Origin: a candidate division WOR-3 bacterium
Lineage (GTDB): Bacteria; Hydrothermota; Tepidihabitantia; Tepidihabitantales; CAIPLT01
Direction of reading: 5' to 3'
Length of the DNA: 59,379 nucleotides
NCBI GenBank assembly: GCA_026418155.1
Contig: JAOABV010000005.1
Location: 1-59,379, forward strand
Both the position numbers and the translations under genes were made by a program. The notes beneath the pieces were generated by a model. It saw nothing but the letters and a program-made list of their open reading frames with translations, was not told the DNA's origin and ran no database searches. Positions 47,620-56,911 of the stretch are shown piece after piece; position 1 is the first letter of the stretch; each line of letters opens with the position of its first letter.

Positions 47620-49707
47620 CTATACCATCGCTTCGCTTTCGAAGAAATCTTTAATCGTCTCAATTGAAAATGTTATTGGTAAATTTCGCGGTAAAGAGTT
47701 AAGAAATTGTTTACCATATTCTTTCGTGACAATTCTTTTGTCTAAAACGCAGACCACTCCCCGGTCTTGTTTATTACGAATCAATCGGCCGAATCCTTGT
47801 CGGAATCTTAAAACCGCATTGGGCAATTGATAGGTAGTAAATGGTTCAAGTTTATTGGCTCTTAATTTCTCACAAATTCCTTCTAAGCGCGGGTCATCAG
47901 GCACATCAAAGGGCAACCGCACAATTATCAGACAACTCAAGGCTTCACCAGGAACATCAATACCCTGCCAAAAAGATTGCGTCGCAAAAAGGACTGAGGC
48001 AACATCTTTTTTGAACTTTTCCAGCAGTTCCAGAGTTGATTCTTCGCCTTGAATTAAAAATGGGAATTCGCTCTTATCAATTAATTGAAAAGTCTTTTGT
48101 AAAGCATTATAACTAGTAAAAAGCACTAATGCCCTGCCTTTGGTCATTTTTAGGATTTTATCAATTACGAAGGCACAATCAATTAAGAATTTCTCTTCAT
48201 CTGTTGGCAAAGGAAGATTAGTTGGAATGACCAATAGTGCCTGTTGGTGATAGTTAAATGGCGAATCTAATTGTAGAGTTTCAACTTTATCCAACCCCAG
48301 TCGATTTTGAATAAAACCAAAATCTTTACTAACTGTTAAAGTTGCGGAAGTTAAAATCACACTTGAAATTCTTTCTAAAACTCTTTGACGAAATAAGTCA
48401 GCAATATCAATTAAGGCACTGATAAGACAAATATATGGACTTTTTTTACTGGTCAGATTTGTCGTTTCAATCCAATAGACTGAGTTTTTATCTTGGACTT
48501 GCAGAAAATCATTTACACCCATTCGATAACCTTCAATTCTTTTAAGAACATTCTTTAATTCTAATGCGATATCATCATCCATATCTTCGGATTCAATTTG
48601 TAATAGCCGATTACCAAGTATTGTAAAAATCTTATCTAATCTGTTTTCAATATTTAGCGGTCGTTTGATTCTTATTTTAGTTTCGGCGTGAGGTATTAAA
48701 TTCAAAAGATACTGGAACAGTTCCTTGCTCGCCGAGTTCGCATCATCGATAATTTGGCCAATTGTGCGTTTCTGTTCTTGGGAAATTTCTAAATGGGCAA
48801 TAAGTCCCGTATTATTTCTGGGGTTATAGATTGTATTTAACATTCGTTGGAGACCGAAATTAGAAATTTCAATGCCGAAAAATTGCGCGGCAACTTCTTC
48901 TAAGCGGTGTGCTTCATCAAAAATAACGGCATCAAACTTGGGTAAGATATAAAAATTGGCTTCAACATTAGCAAAGAAGAGTGCATGATTGGTGACTAAA
49001 ATATCCGCATTTAACCACTCTTTTCTGGCCCGGAAATAATAACAATCATTATAATATTCACATTTCTGAAACTTACAGATATCGCCCTCGCGACAAATTT
49101 TTTCTTGGGTTTTACCTAAAACTTCAGGATATTCTGGAATAATTCCCGAACCACCTTCATCCAGCCATCTTAGAAGTGTTTCTAATTCAGCATATTCATA
49201 AGGTGTATCAAACAGTCCATGATTAAATGCACTATTCAATCTTCGGAGACACACATAATTATCTTGACCAAAGATTACCGCATAATTTATCGAAGCATTA
49301 TTAAAACCATTTTGAAGGTGTTCTGTGTCCTTTGCCGAAGTTGTTTTCCGATAAAAATTGGGTTCATCTTGATATTGGTCCAAATTGTTTAATTGTTCAG
49401 AAATAGCAATACTTTTTTTAAGCAATGGAATATCTTTTTTAATAAGTTGATTTTGAAGGATTTTGGTATAAGTAGAAATAACAACTTTTTTCTTATGCAT
49501 TTTTGCCCATAATGAAGCAGGTAATAGATATGCCAAACTTTTTCCCACTCCGGTTCCGGCTTCAACCATTAAATGATATTTATGATTTAAGGCTTGATAG
49601 ACTGCTTTTGCCATTTCTTGTTGTTCAGTGCGTTCTTCAAAATTTTCCAGAGTTTTTGCTAAAGGACCTTTACGGCAGAAAAACTCATTAATTAAATGTT
49701 CGGACAT
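47620..49707 (-). CDS. dinG: DinG/XPD-like ATP-dependent DNA helicase with an Fe-S cluster domain
   Basis: Walker A EAGTGVGKS and DEAH box FDEAHRLEE. Four Cys lie between them (CLRR...CREGDICKFQKCEYYNDC). Confidence 0.85.
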   Translation of the reverse strand: MSEHLINEFFCRKGPLAKTLENFEERTEQQEMAKAVYQALNHKYHLMVEAGTGVGKSLAYLLPASLWAKMHKKKVVISTYTKILQNQLIKKDIPLLKKSIAISEQLNNLDQYQDEPNFYRKTTSAKDTEHLQNGFNNASINYAVIFGQDNYVCLRRLNSAFNHGLFDTPYEYAELETLLRWLDEGGSGIIPEYPEVLGKTQEKICREGDICKFQKCEYYNDCYYFRARKEWLNADILVTNHALFFANVEANFYILPKFDAVIFDEAHRLEEVAAQFFGIEISNFGLQRMLNTIYNPRNNTGLIAHLEISQEQKRTIGQIIDDANSASKELFQYLLNLIPHAETKIRIKRPLNIENRLDKIFTILGNRLLQIESEDMDDDIALELKNVLKRIEGYRMGVNDFLQVQDKNSVYWIETTNLTSKKSPYICLISALIDIADLFRQRVLERISSVILTSATLTVSKDFGFIQNRLGLDKVETLQLDSPFNYHQQALLVIPTNLPLPTDEEKFLIDCAFVIDKILKMTKGRALVLFTSYNALQKTFQLIDKSEFPFLIQGEESTLELLEKFKKDVASVLFATQSFWQGIDVPGEALSCLIIVRLPFDVPDDPRLEGICEKLRANKLEPFTTYQLPNAVLRFRQGFGRLIRNKQDRGVVCVLDKRIVTKEYGKQFLNSLPRNLPITFSIETIKDFFESEAMV

Positions 49708-49729
49708 TAATATTCTAAATCGTTTAATT

Positions 49730-50101
49730 TCACACTTTCTTTTCTATGTTTGTAAATTGATAATCTTGAACAAAGACCTCATTAAAATCAAACACATTAT
49801 GAAAATCTTCTTTTTTATCCTCTGCTGTTTTAGTCAGAATGCCGGCTTCAATAAGATTAAAGACAATTTCGCCAATATCATCCGTCGTCTTAATTCCCCA
49901 AAATTCAAGCACGGTTTTTGCCATAATACCAAATTCTTTTTGGGCTAAAACTTTAACGCCTTCTAATAATTCTAAAGCAGTAACATGTTTTGGTTTATTA
50001 GTAATTCGTCGCGCAAGTTCTAAACTTGCTAAGACAAAAGCATAAGATTGAAGTTTGTACCGATTATCTTTGCTTAAAATATCATTAATATTTGGTAACA
50101 T
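49730..50101 (-). CDS. Minf_1886-family protein
   Basis: The pattern HVTALELLEGVKVLAQKEFGIMAKTVLEFWGIKTTDDIGEIVFNLIEAGILTKTAEDKKEDF fits that family. Start taken at Met 50101. Confidence 0.6.
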   Translation of the reverse strand: MLPNINDILSKDNRYKLQSYAFVLASLELARRITNKPKHVTALELLEGVKVLAQKEFGIMAKTVLEFWGIKTTDDIGEIVFNLIEAGILTKTAEDKKEDFHNVFDFNEVFVQDYQFTNIEKKV

Positions 50102-50212
50102 CTTTAATAAAAATATCGAAAAATATCTTAAAGTCAATATTATTGGCATTAAATTACATTACTTGAATTTTAAGCAAATATTACTTATAATAATATATCG
50201 TTATTTATTTAT

Positions 50213-50310
50213 AATTTATTATTTATTTTTATTTTTAATTTATTATTTATTTTTATTTTTAATTTATTATTTATTTTTATTTTTAATTTATTATTTATTT
50301 TTGTATTTTT
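50213..50310. repeat. Four tandem 24-bp pure A/T units in a divergent promoter region
   Basis: aatttattatttatttttattttt begins at 50213, 50237, 50261 and 50285; the last copy is a variant. Confidence 0.9.
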
Positions 50311-50360
50311 AACAAAGAAGAAATAAATATTATAAATTTAGATTAGAAAGGAATAAAACT

Positions 50361-52067
50361 ATGGAATTAATCAATAAAACGATAGGTCAATTACTTGAAG
50401 AAAATGCTATAAAGTATCCGCATCATGAAGCGGTTGTCTATGTTGACGACAATCTTCGTTATACTTGGTCCGAGTTGAAAAATTTAGTGGACCAAACTGC
50501 CAAAGCGTTTATCCATCTGGGTGTCAAACGAGGTGAGAATATTGCAATCTGGGGCACAAATAAACTTGAATGGCTGTTAACTCAACTGGCATCGGCTCGG
50601 ATTGGTGCGGCATTAGTTACAGTTAATCCTGAATGGAAAGCATCGGAAGTCGCTTATGCTCTAAAACAATCAGACTCTAAAGTATTAGTGATGATAGAAG
50701 GATTTGAGAAAAGGAGCGGTGATAAAATTCATCGTTATGAATACTTAAAAATTCTTACTGATGCCTGTCCCGAACTAAATGAAGTGAAAAGCCCAGATTT
50801 AAATCTCAACCAATTTCCTGAATTAAAAAACATCGTTTTAATCACCAACAGTCCTCAACCACCGCCTTGGGTTTTAACTTGGCGCGATTTTATTATCCGT
50901 GGTGAGCGTATTTCGGAAAATGAATTTCAAAATATTGTTAAAGCAGTCGACCCTCACGATGTCTGTTTAATTCAATATACTTCGGGAACAACTGGTTTTC
51001 CTAAAGGTGCAATGTTAACGCACTATAATATTGTCAATAATGGTCGTGATTGCGCTCAAAATATGGAACTAACATATCAAGACCGGCTTTGTCTTCCTGT
51101 GCCTTATTATCATTGCTTTGGCACTGTCTTAAGCAATATGGTTTGTATTACCTGCGGCGCTACTATGGTTGTGCCGGCTGAACATTTCAATGCCCGTAAA
51201 ACTTTAATTGCTGTGGAAAAAGAAAAATGCACTGCTCTAAATGGTGTACCTTCGATGTTTATTAATGAACTTAACGACCCGGATTTTGCTAAATTTAATC
51301 TCTCCACTTTACGCACTGGTATTATGGCCGGGGCGCCTTGTCCCATTGAATTAATGGAAGATGTTGTTTATAAAATGGGTGCTAAGAAAATTACAATTGT
51401 TTATGGTCTTACAGAAGCAAGTCCTGCCACCCATCAAACTCGACCCGATGATTCGATTGAACGAAGAGTTTCGACAGTTGGTAGACCTTTAGATAATGTC
51501 CAGGCGAAAATTGTTGACCCGCAAACAGAAAAGGAACTCGGTGTCGGAGAAGTTGGTGAAATCTGGGTCAAAGGTTATAATATTATGAAAGGATATTACA
51601 AAAAGCCTGAAGAAACCGCAAAAGCAATTGTCAAAGATGGTTGGCTTCGCACTGGTGATTTAGGCACTCGAGATAAGGACAATTATTATAAGATTGTCGG
51701 TCGATACAAAGATATGGTAATTGTCGGTGGTCATAATGTCTATCCGGCTGAAGTGGAACAAACTCTATTGTCTTTATTTGAAGATGAAATTATGGAAATT
51801 CATGTTGTCGGCGTGCCCCATAAAGTTTTACAAGAAGTGGTTGCTGCGGTGATTAAGTTAAAACCTGGTAAAACCTTAACCTTAGAAGAGATTAAAGCCC
51901 GCTGTGATGGCAAAGTTGAATGGTCGAAAATTCCCCGCTATGTTAAATTCGTTGATAACTTCTCAATGGCAATGACTGTGACTGGAAAAATTCAAAAGTT
52001 TAAACTTAAGGAAATGTTAATTAAGGAACTCGGTTTAGAAGATTTGGCTAAAATCAAAACCGCTTAA
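50361..52067 (+). CDS. AMP-binding acyl-CoA synthetase / fatty-acid--CoA ligase
   Basis: YTSGTTGFPKGA, VYGLTEAS and LRTGDLG motifs. Confidence 0.9.
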   Translation: MELINKTIGQLLEENAIKYPHHEAVVYVDDNLRYTWSELKNLVDQTAKAFIHLGVKRGENIAIWGTNKLEWLLTQLASARIGAALVTVNPEWKASEVAYALKQSDSKVLVMIEGFEKRSGDKIHRYEYLKILTDACPELNEVKSPDLNLNQFPELKNIVLITNSPQPPPWVLTWRDFIIRGERISENEFQNIVKAVDPHDVCLIQYTSGTTGFPKGAMLTHYNIVNNGRDCAQNMELTYQDRLCLPVPYYHCFGTVLSNMVCITCGATMVVPAEHFNARKTLIAVEKEKCTALNGVPSMFINELNDPDFAKFNLSTLRTGIMAGAPCPIELMEDVVYKMGAKKITIVYGLTEASPATHQTRPDDSIERRVSTVGRPLDNVQAKIVDPQTEKELGVGEVGEIWVKGYNIMKGYYKKPEETAKAIVKDGWLRTGDLGTRDKDNYYKIVGRYKDMVIVGGHNVYPAEVEQTLLSLFEDEIMEIHVVGVPHKVLQEVVAAVIKLKPGKTLTLEEIKARCDGKVEWSKIPRYVKFVDNFSMAMTVTGKIQKFKLKEMLIKELGLEDLAKIKTA

Positions 52068-52086
52068 AACCAAAATTTTCTTAAAA

Positions 52087-52118
52087 AGGGAGCATGGCAA
52101 ATTTGCGCTATGCTCCCT
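52087..52118. terminator. Bidirectional intrinsic terminator between convergent genes
   Basis: Perfect 9-bp stem AGGGAGCAT/ATGCTCCCT, flanked by AAAAA on the left (a T-run for the minus strand) and TAACTTTT on the right. Confidence 0.6.
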
Positions 52119-52137
52119 TAACTTTTATCCTAACAAT

Positions 52138-53340
52138 TTATGATTTATCTAATGCTTGTCTTAAATCATCAATAATATCCTGATAGTATTCAATACCGAC
52201 TGAAAGTCGCACCAAACCCTCGGAAATACCTGATTCTATTAATGCCTGTTTCGAATAACTTGAGTGAGTCATTGATGCTGGATGTTCAATTAGGGTTGCG
52301 CAGTCACCTAAACTTACTGCACAAACACACAGTTTTACATTGTTCATTAATTTTCTACCTGCATTTCTACCGCCTTTTAGTTCAAAGGCAATCATTGAAC
52401 TAAAACCGCTCATCTGTTTTTGAGCAATTTCAGATTGAGGATGTGATGCTAATCCCGGATATTTTACCCAGGCAACTTTGGGATGAGTTTCTAAAAATTT
52501 TGCCACTGCCATTCCATTTTGATTATGGGTCTGCATTCTCACTGCCATTGTTCTCAATCCGCGTAAAAGAAGCCAGGCATTAAACGGACTGATAATTCCT
52601 CCTAAATCCCGGATAATATAATCCTTCATATAGGCAATAAAATCTTTTTTTCCGATGACAACACCGCCGACCGTATCACCGTGTCCACTAATATATTTAG
52701 TGGCACTATATACTACAATGTCAGCACCAAGATTTAGTGGTTTTTGATTGTAAAACGAAGCAAAAGTATTATCCACTGCTAACAATATTTTGTGTTGCTG
52801 GGCAATTTTAGCTGTCTCTTTAATATCAACGATATCAATGGTCGGGTTAACTGGTGTTTCAATAAGGATTATCTTTGTCTTAGAGGATATTTGCTTTTTA
52901 AGGTTATTTAGAAAATTATCTGCTTTTGCCCATTTTACTTTTATTTCCCATTTAGGTAGAACATCAACTAACAGCGAATAGGTGCAACCATAAATTGGAT
53001 AAACTGCAATCACTTCATCACCTTTATTACATATTGATAATATAGTTCCCGAAATTGCTGCCATTCCCGAAGCAAATGCACAAGCCGATTCACCTTCTTC
53101 TAAATATGCCATCTTTTCTTCAAAGGCTTCAATTGTCGGATTACCTAATCGGGTATAAAAATATCCTTTTTTCTCTTTAGCAAAAATTTGGGCACCGGAT
53201 TCAGCACTCTCAAAAGTAAAGACTGCGCTTTGATAAATCGGCACTGAAAGCGCTCGAGTATTAGGGTCTCCTAAAATTTGTTTGCCATGAACAACTTCAG
53301 TTGCAATATTTCTTCGCATTTTGGGTCTTTGCTTTTTCAT
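52138..53340 (-). CDS. Cys/Met-metabolism PLP-dependent enzyme (methionine gamma-lyase / cystathionine gamma-synthase family)
   Basis: YSATKYISGHGD PLP-lysine motif and YTRLGNPT. Confidence 0.85.
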   Translation of the reverse strand: MKKQRPKMRRNIATEVVHGKQILGDPNTRALSVPIYQSAVFTFESAESGAQIFAKEKKGYFYTRLGNPTIEAFEEKMAYLEEGESACAFASGMAAISGTILSICNKGDEVIAVYPIYGCTYSLLVDVLPKWEIKVKWAKADNFLNNLKKQISSKTKIILIETPVNPTIDIVDIKETAKIAQQHKILLAVDNTFASFYNQKPLNLGADIVVYSATKYISGHGDTVGGVVIGKKDFIAYMKDYIIRDLGGIISPFNAWLLLRGLRTMAVRMQTHNQNGMAVAKFLETHPKVAWVKYPGLASHPQSEIAQKQMSGFSSMIAFELKGGRNAGRKLMNNVKLCVCAVSLGDCATLIEHPASMTHSSYSKQALIESGISEGLVRLSVGIEYYQDIIDDLRQALDKS

Positions 53341-53443
53341 CTTCGAATCCTTTCTATAATATTATCTATAACTTATATTAGTAGCGTCAAGAAATTTGTA
53401 TAATTTCTTTTCTTGACAGGCTTATTTTCCCTTTATCTGTTTT

Positions 53444-53486
53444 CTTTAACATATCAAACTAAAATTTACACAAAATATTAATACAC
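53444..53486 (-). promoter_or_regulatory. Copy D of the dispersed upstream motif
   Basis: The minus strand reads gtgtattaatattttgtgtaaattttagtttgatatgttaaag. It lies upstream of a TTGACG-18-GATAAT promoter (53390-53361) for the PLP enzyme gene. Confidence 0.55.
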
Positions 53487-53498
53487 GATCCTTATATT

Positions 53499-53903
53499 TT
53501 ATTCATGACTTTCTGCTAACTCAATTAAAACACCGTCAATGCTTTTGGGCGAAACAAAGGCAATCTTATTGCCCATTGCACCAATGCGAGGCTTTTCATC
53601 AATTAACAACACTCCTTTGGCTTTTAGTATTGCTAATTTCTCTTCAATATTATCAACATTAAAACAGAGATGATGAATACCTGGACCTCGTTTCTCTAAA
53701 AATTTAGCAATGGTAGTATCAGGACTTAAAGGTTCAATTAATTCAATATTATAATTCTGCAATTTGAATATTGCGACTCGTAATTTCATCTCTTTTAACT
53801 CAACAATTTTAGGTTCACCTAAACCTAAAATGTCTTGATATATCTTTATGGAATCATTAAGTGAATTGACGGCAATGCCAATATGGTTAAGACTTTTTAA
53901 CAT
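53499..53903 (-). CDS. Methylmalonyl-CoA epimerase (VOC family)
   Basis: LNHIGIAV, GPGIHHLCF and FVSPKSIDGVLIEL motifs. Confidence 0.85.
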   Translation of the reverse strand: MLKSLNHIGIAVNSLNDSIKIYQDILGLGEPKIVELKEMKLRVAIFKLQNYNIELIEPLSPDTTIAKFLEKRGPGIHHLCFNVDNIEEKLAILKAKGVLLIDEKPRIGAMGNKIAFVSPKSIDGVLIELAESHE

Positions 53904-53933
53904 TATAACTCCTCAACCTTACTTAAAAAGATA

Positions 53934-55487
53934 CTATAACTTCTTAGCATCATATTCACCGAAAATATTTCTTAAGACATCACAGATTTCTTGCAAAGTT
54001 GCATTATTTGCACAACAATCAATAATTGCAGGCATTAAATTTTTATTACTGTTGGCTGTATCAGATAGTTTATTCAAACTTTCTTTTACTTTTATGACCT
54101 TTCGTTTTTTTCTAAAGGTAATAAGTTCTCTTTTTCTTTGAGCAGTTAGTTTTGCTGAAACTTTAAGAGTTTTTACTGTCGTTTTTTCTTTTGTATCACT
54201 ATGAAAAACATTAACGCCAACAATCTTTTTCTCTTTATCTTCAATTGCTTTCTGATAGCGAAATGCGGAGTCTTCAATTCTTTTTTGGATAAATCCAGAC
54301 TCAATGCATTTTACTGCACCACCTTTATCTTCAATATCTTTTAACAATGCTAATACTTGCTCTTCAATCTCATTAGTCAATTTCTCTAAATAGTATGAAC
54401 CACCTAATGGGTCAGCAACTTCAGGAATTGATGACTCATAACCAATCACTTGTTGAGTTCTTAAGGCAATCTTTACTGCTTGTTCACTGGGAAGAGATAA
54501 TGCTTCATCATAAGAATTCGTATGCAAACTTTGAGTGCCACCGAATACTGCGGCTAATGCTTGGAGGGTAACTCGGATAATGTTATTTTCAGGCTCTTGA
54601 GCAGTTAAACTTGAGCCACAGGTTTGGGTATGGAATCGCAACATCCAAGATTTTGGGTCTTGAGCATTAAACCGTTCCTTCATTATTCTTGCCCAAATTC
54701 GTCGGCCAGCACGAAACTTTGCGACTTCTTCTAATAAATTATTATGTGCGCCAAAAAAGAAAGAAAGTCGTGGTCCGAAATCGTCTACTTTTAATCCGCG
54801 CTCAAGTGCTGATTCAATATAGGCAATGCCATTAGCAAAAGTGAATGCCAATTCTTCAACTGCAGTTGCCCCGGCTTCGCGAATATGATAACCCGAAATG
54901 GAAACAAAATACCAGCGAGGAATATATTTTGAGCAATATTCCCATAAGTCAATTGCCAACCGCATTGACGGTTTAACCGGAAAGATATAATTCCCGCGAG
55001 CAATATACTCTTTTAAGATATCGTTTTGAACTGTGCCGGAAAGTTGTTCCGGTGACACTTGATTGTTCTGGGCAACAATTAGATACATTGCTAAAATCAT
55101 TGGCGCGGTCGCATTAATTGTCATTGAAGTTGAGACTTTGTCTAAAGGAATGTTTTTGAAAAGTAATTCCATATCGGTAATATTGCTAATTGCAACTCCG
55201 ACTTTACCCACCTCACCAATTGCCCTTGGATTATCAGAATCATAACCAAGTTGGGTTGGTAAATCAAAGGCAACAGAAAGTCCGGTTTGTCCTTGTTTTA
55301 ACAGATATTGAAACCGCTCATTAGTCTTTTGCGCATCGCCAAAACCAGCATATTGGCGCATAGTCCAAAGTCTACCTTTATACATATTGGGATAGATTCC
55401 ACGAGTAAATGGATATTTGCCGGGGTCAGCAAGATGTATTTGGTAATTAAAATCTCTTAAATCTTCTGGAGTATAAAAATCTTTCAC
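53934..55487 (-). CDS. Methylmalonyl-CoA mutase family, catalytic (large) subunit without a B12-binding domain
   Basis: PFTRGIYPNMY, WTMRQYAGFG and HTQTCGSSLTAQEP motifs. Apparent GTG start. Confidence 0.88.
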   Translation of the reverse strand: MKDFYTPEDLRDFNYQIHLADPGKYPFTRGIYPNMYKGRLWTMRQYAGFGDAQKTNERFQYLLKQGQTGLSVAFDLPTQLGYDSDNPRAIGEVGKVGVAISNITDMELLFKNIPLDKVSTSMTINATAPMILAMYLIVAQNNQVSPEQLSGTVQNDILKEYIARGNYIFPVKPSMRLAIDLWEYCSKYIPRWYFVSISGYHIREAGATAVEELAFTFANGIAYIESALERGLKVDDFGPRLSFFFGAHNNLLEEVAKFRAGRRIWARIMKERFNAQDPKSWMLRFHTQTCGSSLTAQEPENNIIRVTLQALAAVFGGTQSLHTNSYDEALSLPSEQAVKIALRTQQVIGYESSIPEVADPLGGSYYLEKLTNEIEEQVLALLKDIEDKGGAVKCIESGFIQKRIEDSAFRYQKAIEDKEKKIVGVNVFHSDTKEKTTVKTLKVSAKLTAQRKRELITFRKKRKVIKVKESLNKLSDTANSNKNLMPAIIDCCANNATLQEICDVLRNIFGEYDAKKL

Positions 55488-55515
55488 TCAATAATACTAA
55501 TAAAATTTGAACCTA

Positions 55516-55579
55516 AGTCAAGATAGATTTTATTTTTAATATCAAGTCTAAATTTACACCAATATTATACACTACCTTT
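55516..55579 (-). promoter_or_regulatory. Copy E of the dispersed upstream motif, fused to a -35-like TTGACT
   Basis: The minus strand reads aaaggtagtgtataatattggtgtaaatttagacttgatattaaaaataaaatctatcTTGACT. It parallels copy C nearly base for base. Confidence 0.6.
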
Positions 55580-55687
55580 ATGGAAGAAAAAAGAATTACA
55601 CAAAATTCCTAATGCAACCTTTTTCCGATAATTGTAAAAATTAAATTTCGCTTGACCAACGGATAATCTTAAATATAATATTTTACT

Positions 55688-56506
55688 ATGCACAAGACAT
55701 TAGTTGTTACCCTAATTATCAGTCTAATATTACCTATAGTCAGTCAAGCCCAAAATATTCTTTTGAACTCCAGTTTTGAAATCTGGCTCGATTCCTTGGG
55801 AATCCAGATGCCTTTCGCATGGTTCACATCTGAAGCCACTGACTCGGGTTCAGCCACAAGAACAACTAATGCCCATTCTGGTTTATTTGCAATTAAATTA
55901 ACTGGTAGTGATACATCGGCTTTTGCCACGACAATTTCAATTGTTAGCCCTCAAACTTATTATTACTTTTCTGGTTGGTGTAAAACCCAATCTTTTGCTG
56001 CTGGTGCTTTTATCATCACCTGGCTTAAACTATCCCAACAACCGGCAGGCACGCCGACAATTATTCCAATTTATTATTCTAATACTTATCGTAACTATAA
56101 TGCAGTATTACAAGCACCAGATAGTGCCATCTTTGTCAATGTAACAGTAGGAACTTTACCATATTTAACAATTTATGTTGATGATGTGACTTTAAGTGAT
56201 ACTGCTTTAACTGGTATTGAAGAGCAACCTGAAATCAAAAACAAAGAGATGATAGGCCTAAACATCTCTCCCACTCCCTGCCAAAATTATACCTTTATTA
56301 GATATAATACTTCTGAACTTTCACAAATTAGCCTTAGTTTATATGATATTAGAGGAAGACTAATAAAAGAACTAATTTCAAAAATCAAGCATCCGCAGAA
56401 TGGAATCTATCTACTTGATACTAAAAACTTAAAATCTGGCATATATTTTGTTCAACTAAAAACGAAACATAAAACAATCAATAAAAAACTCATAATCCAG
56501 AAATAA
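55688..56506 (+). CDS. Secreted protein with a CBM-like beta-sandwich and a T9SS C-terminal sorting domain
   Basis: Signal peptide ...PIVSQAQ. N-terminal NILLNSSFE... pattern and C-terminal LKSGIYFVQLKTKHKTINKKLIIQK. Confidence 0.7.
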   Translation: MHKTLVVTLIISLILPIVSQAQNILLNSSFEIWLDSLGIQMPFAWFTSEATDSGSATRTTNAHSGLFAIKLTGSDTSAFATTISIVSPQTYYYFSGWCKTQSFAAGAFIITWLKLSQQPAGTPTIIPIYYSNTYRNYNAVLQAPDSAIFVNVTVGTLPYLTIYVDDVTLSDTALTGIEEQPEIKNKEMIGLNISPTPCQNYTFIRYNTSELSQISLSLYDIRGRLIKELISKIKHPQNGIYLLDTKNLKSGIYFVQLKTKHKTINKKLIIQK

Positions 56507-56645
56507 ACCAGAATAGTTTTACCCCCTCTTAAAAAATTGACTTTGATTCCGAAAAATAAAATTTTATAAAAACACATAATTCTAAATACTTGACATTTAA
56601 TATATTACAACAATCAGGGACAAAAATTTTAATTTAAGAAAACAC

Positions 56646-56674
56646 TTGACATAATTTTATATATTTCGTATAAT
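56646..56674 (+). promoter_or_regulatory. Perfect-consensus sigma70 promoter about 240 nt upstream of the C25 protease gene
   Basis: TTGACA (56646-56651), a 17-nt spacer and TATAAT (56669-56674). Confidence 0.6.
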
Positions 56675-56911
56675 TTTATATCTGTGGATAATAATTGTAA
56701 GAAGAACATTTTGTATTAGAAATAACATATACTTCGAGGTTCCAGAGTAAAAATCATAATATTAATAAATAATTAGATTTTTGTTCTATGCTGAATTCAT
56801 TGTTTTCTAAATTAAGAAGCAGGTGTCTTAACATGCTCAATTATTTGGGGGATACCTTTAAATATTTTTACAATATATTCAGTTTTAAAATCTATGTAAT
56901 AAGGAGGCTGT

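Noticed and set aside
50055-50312. 85-aa ORF with an YYLFLFLI repeat
   Set aside because: It is simply the translation of the 24-bp A/T tandem repeat in an intergenic promoter region, with no RBS or coding signal.
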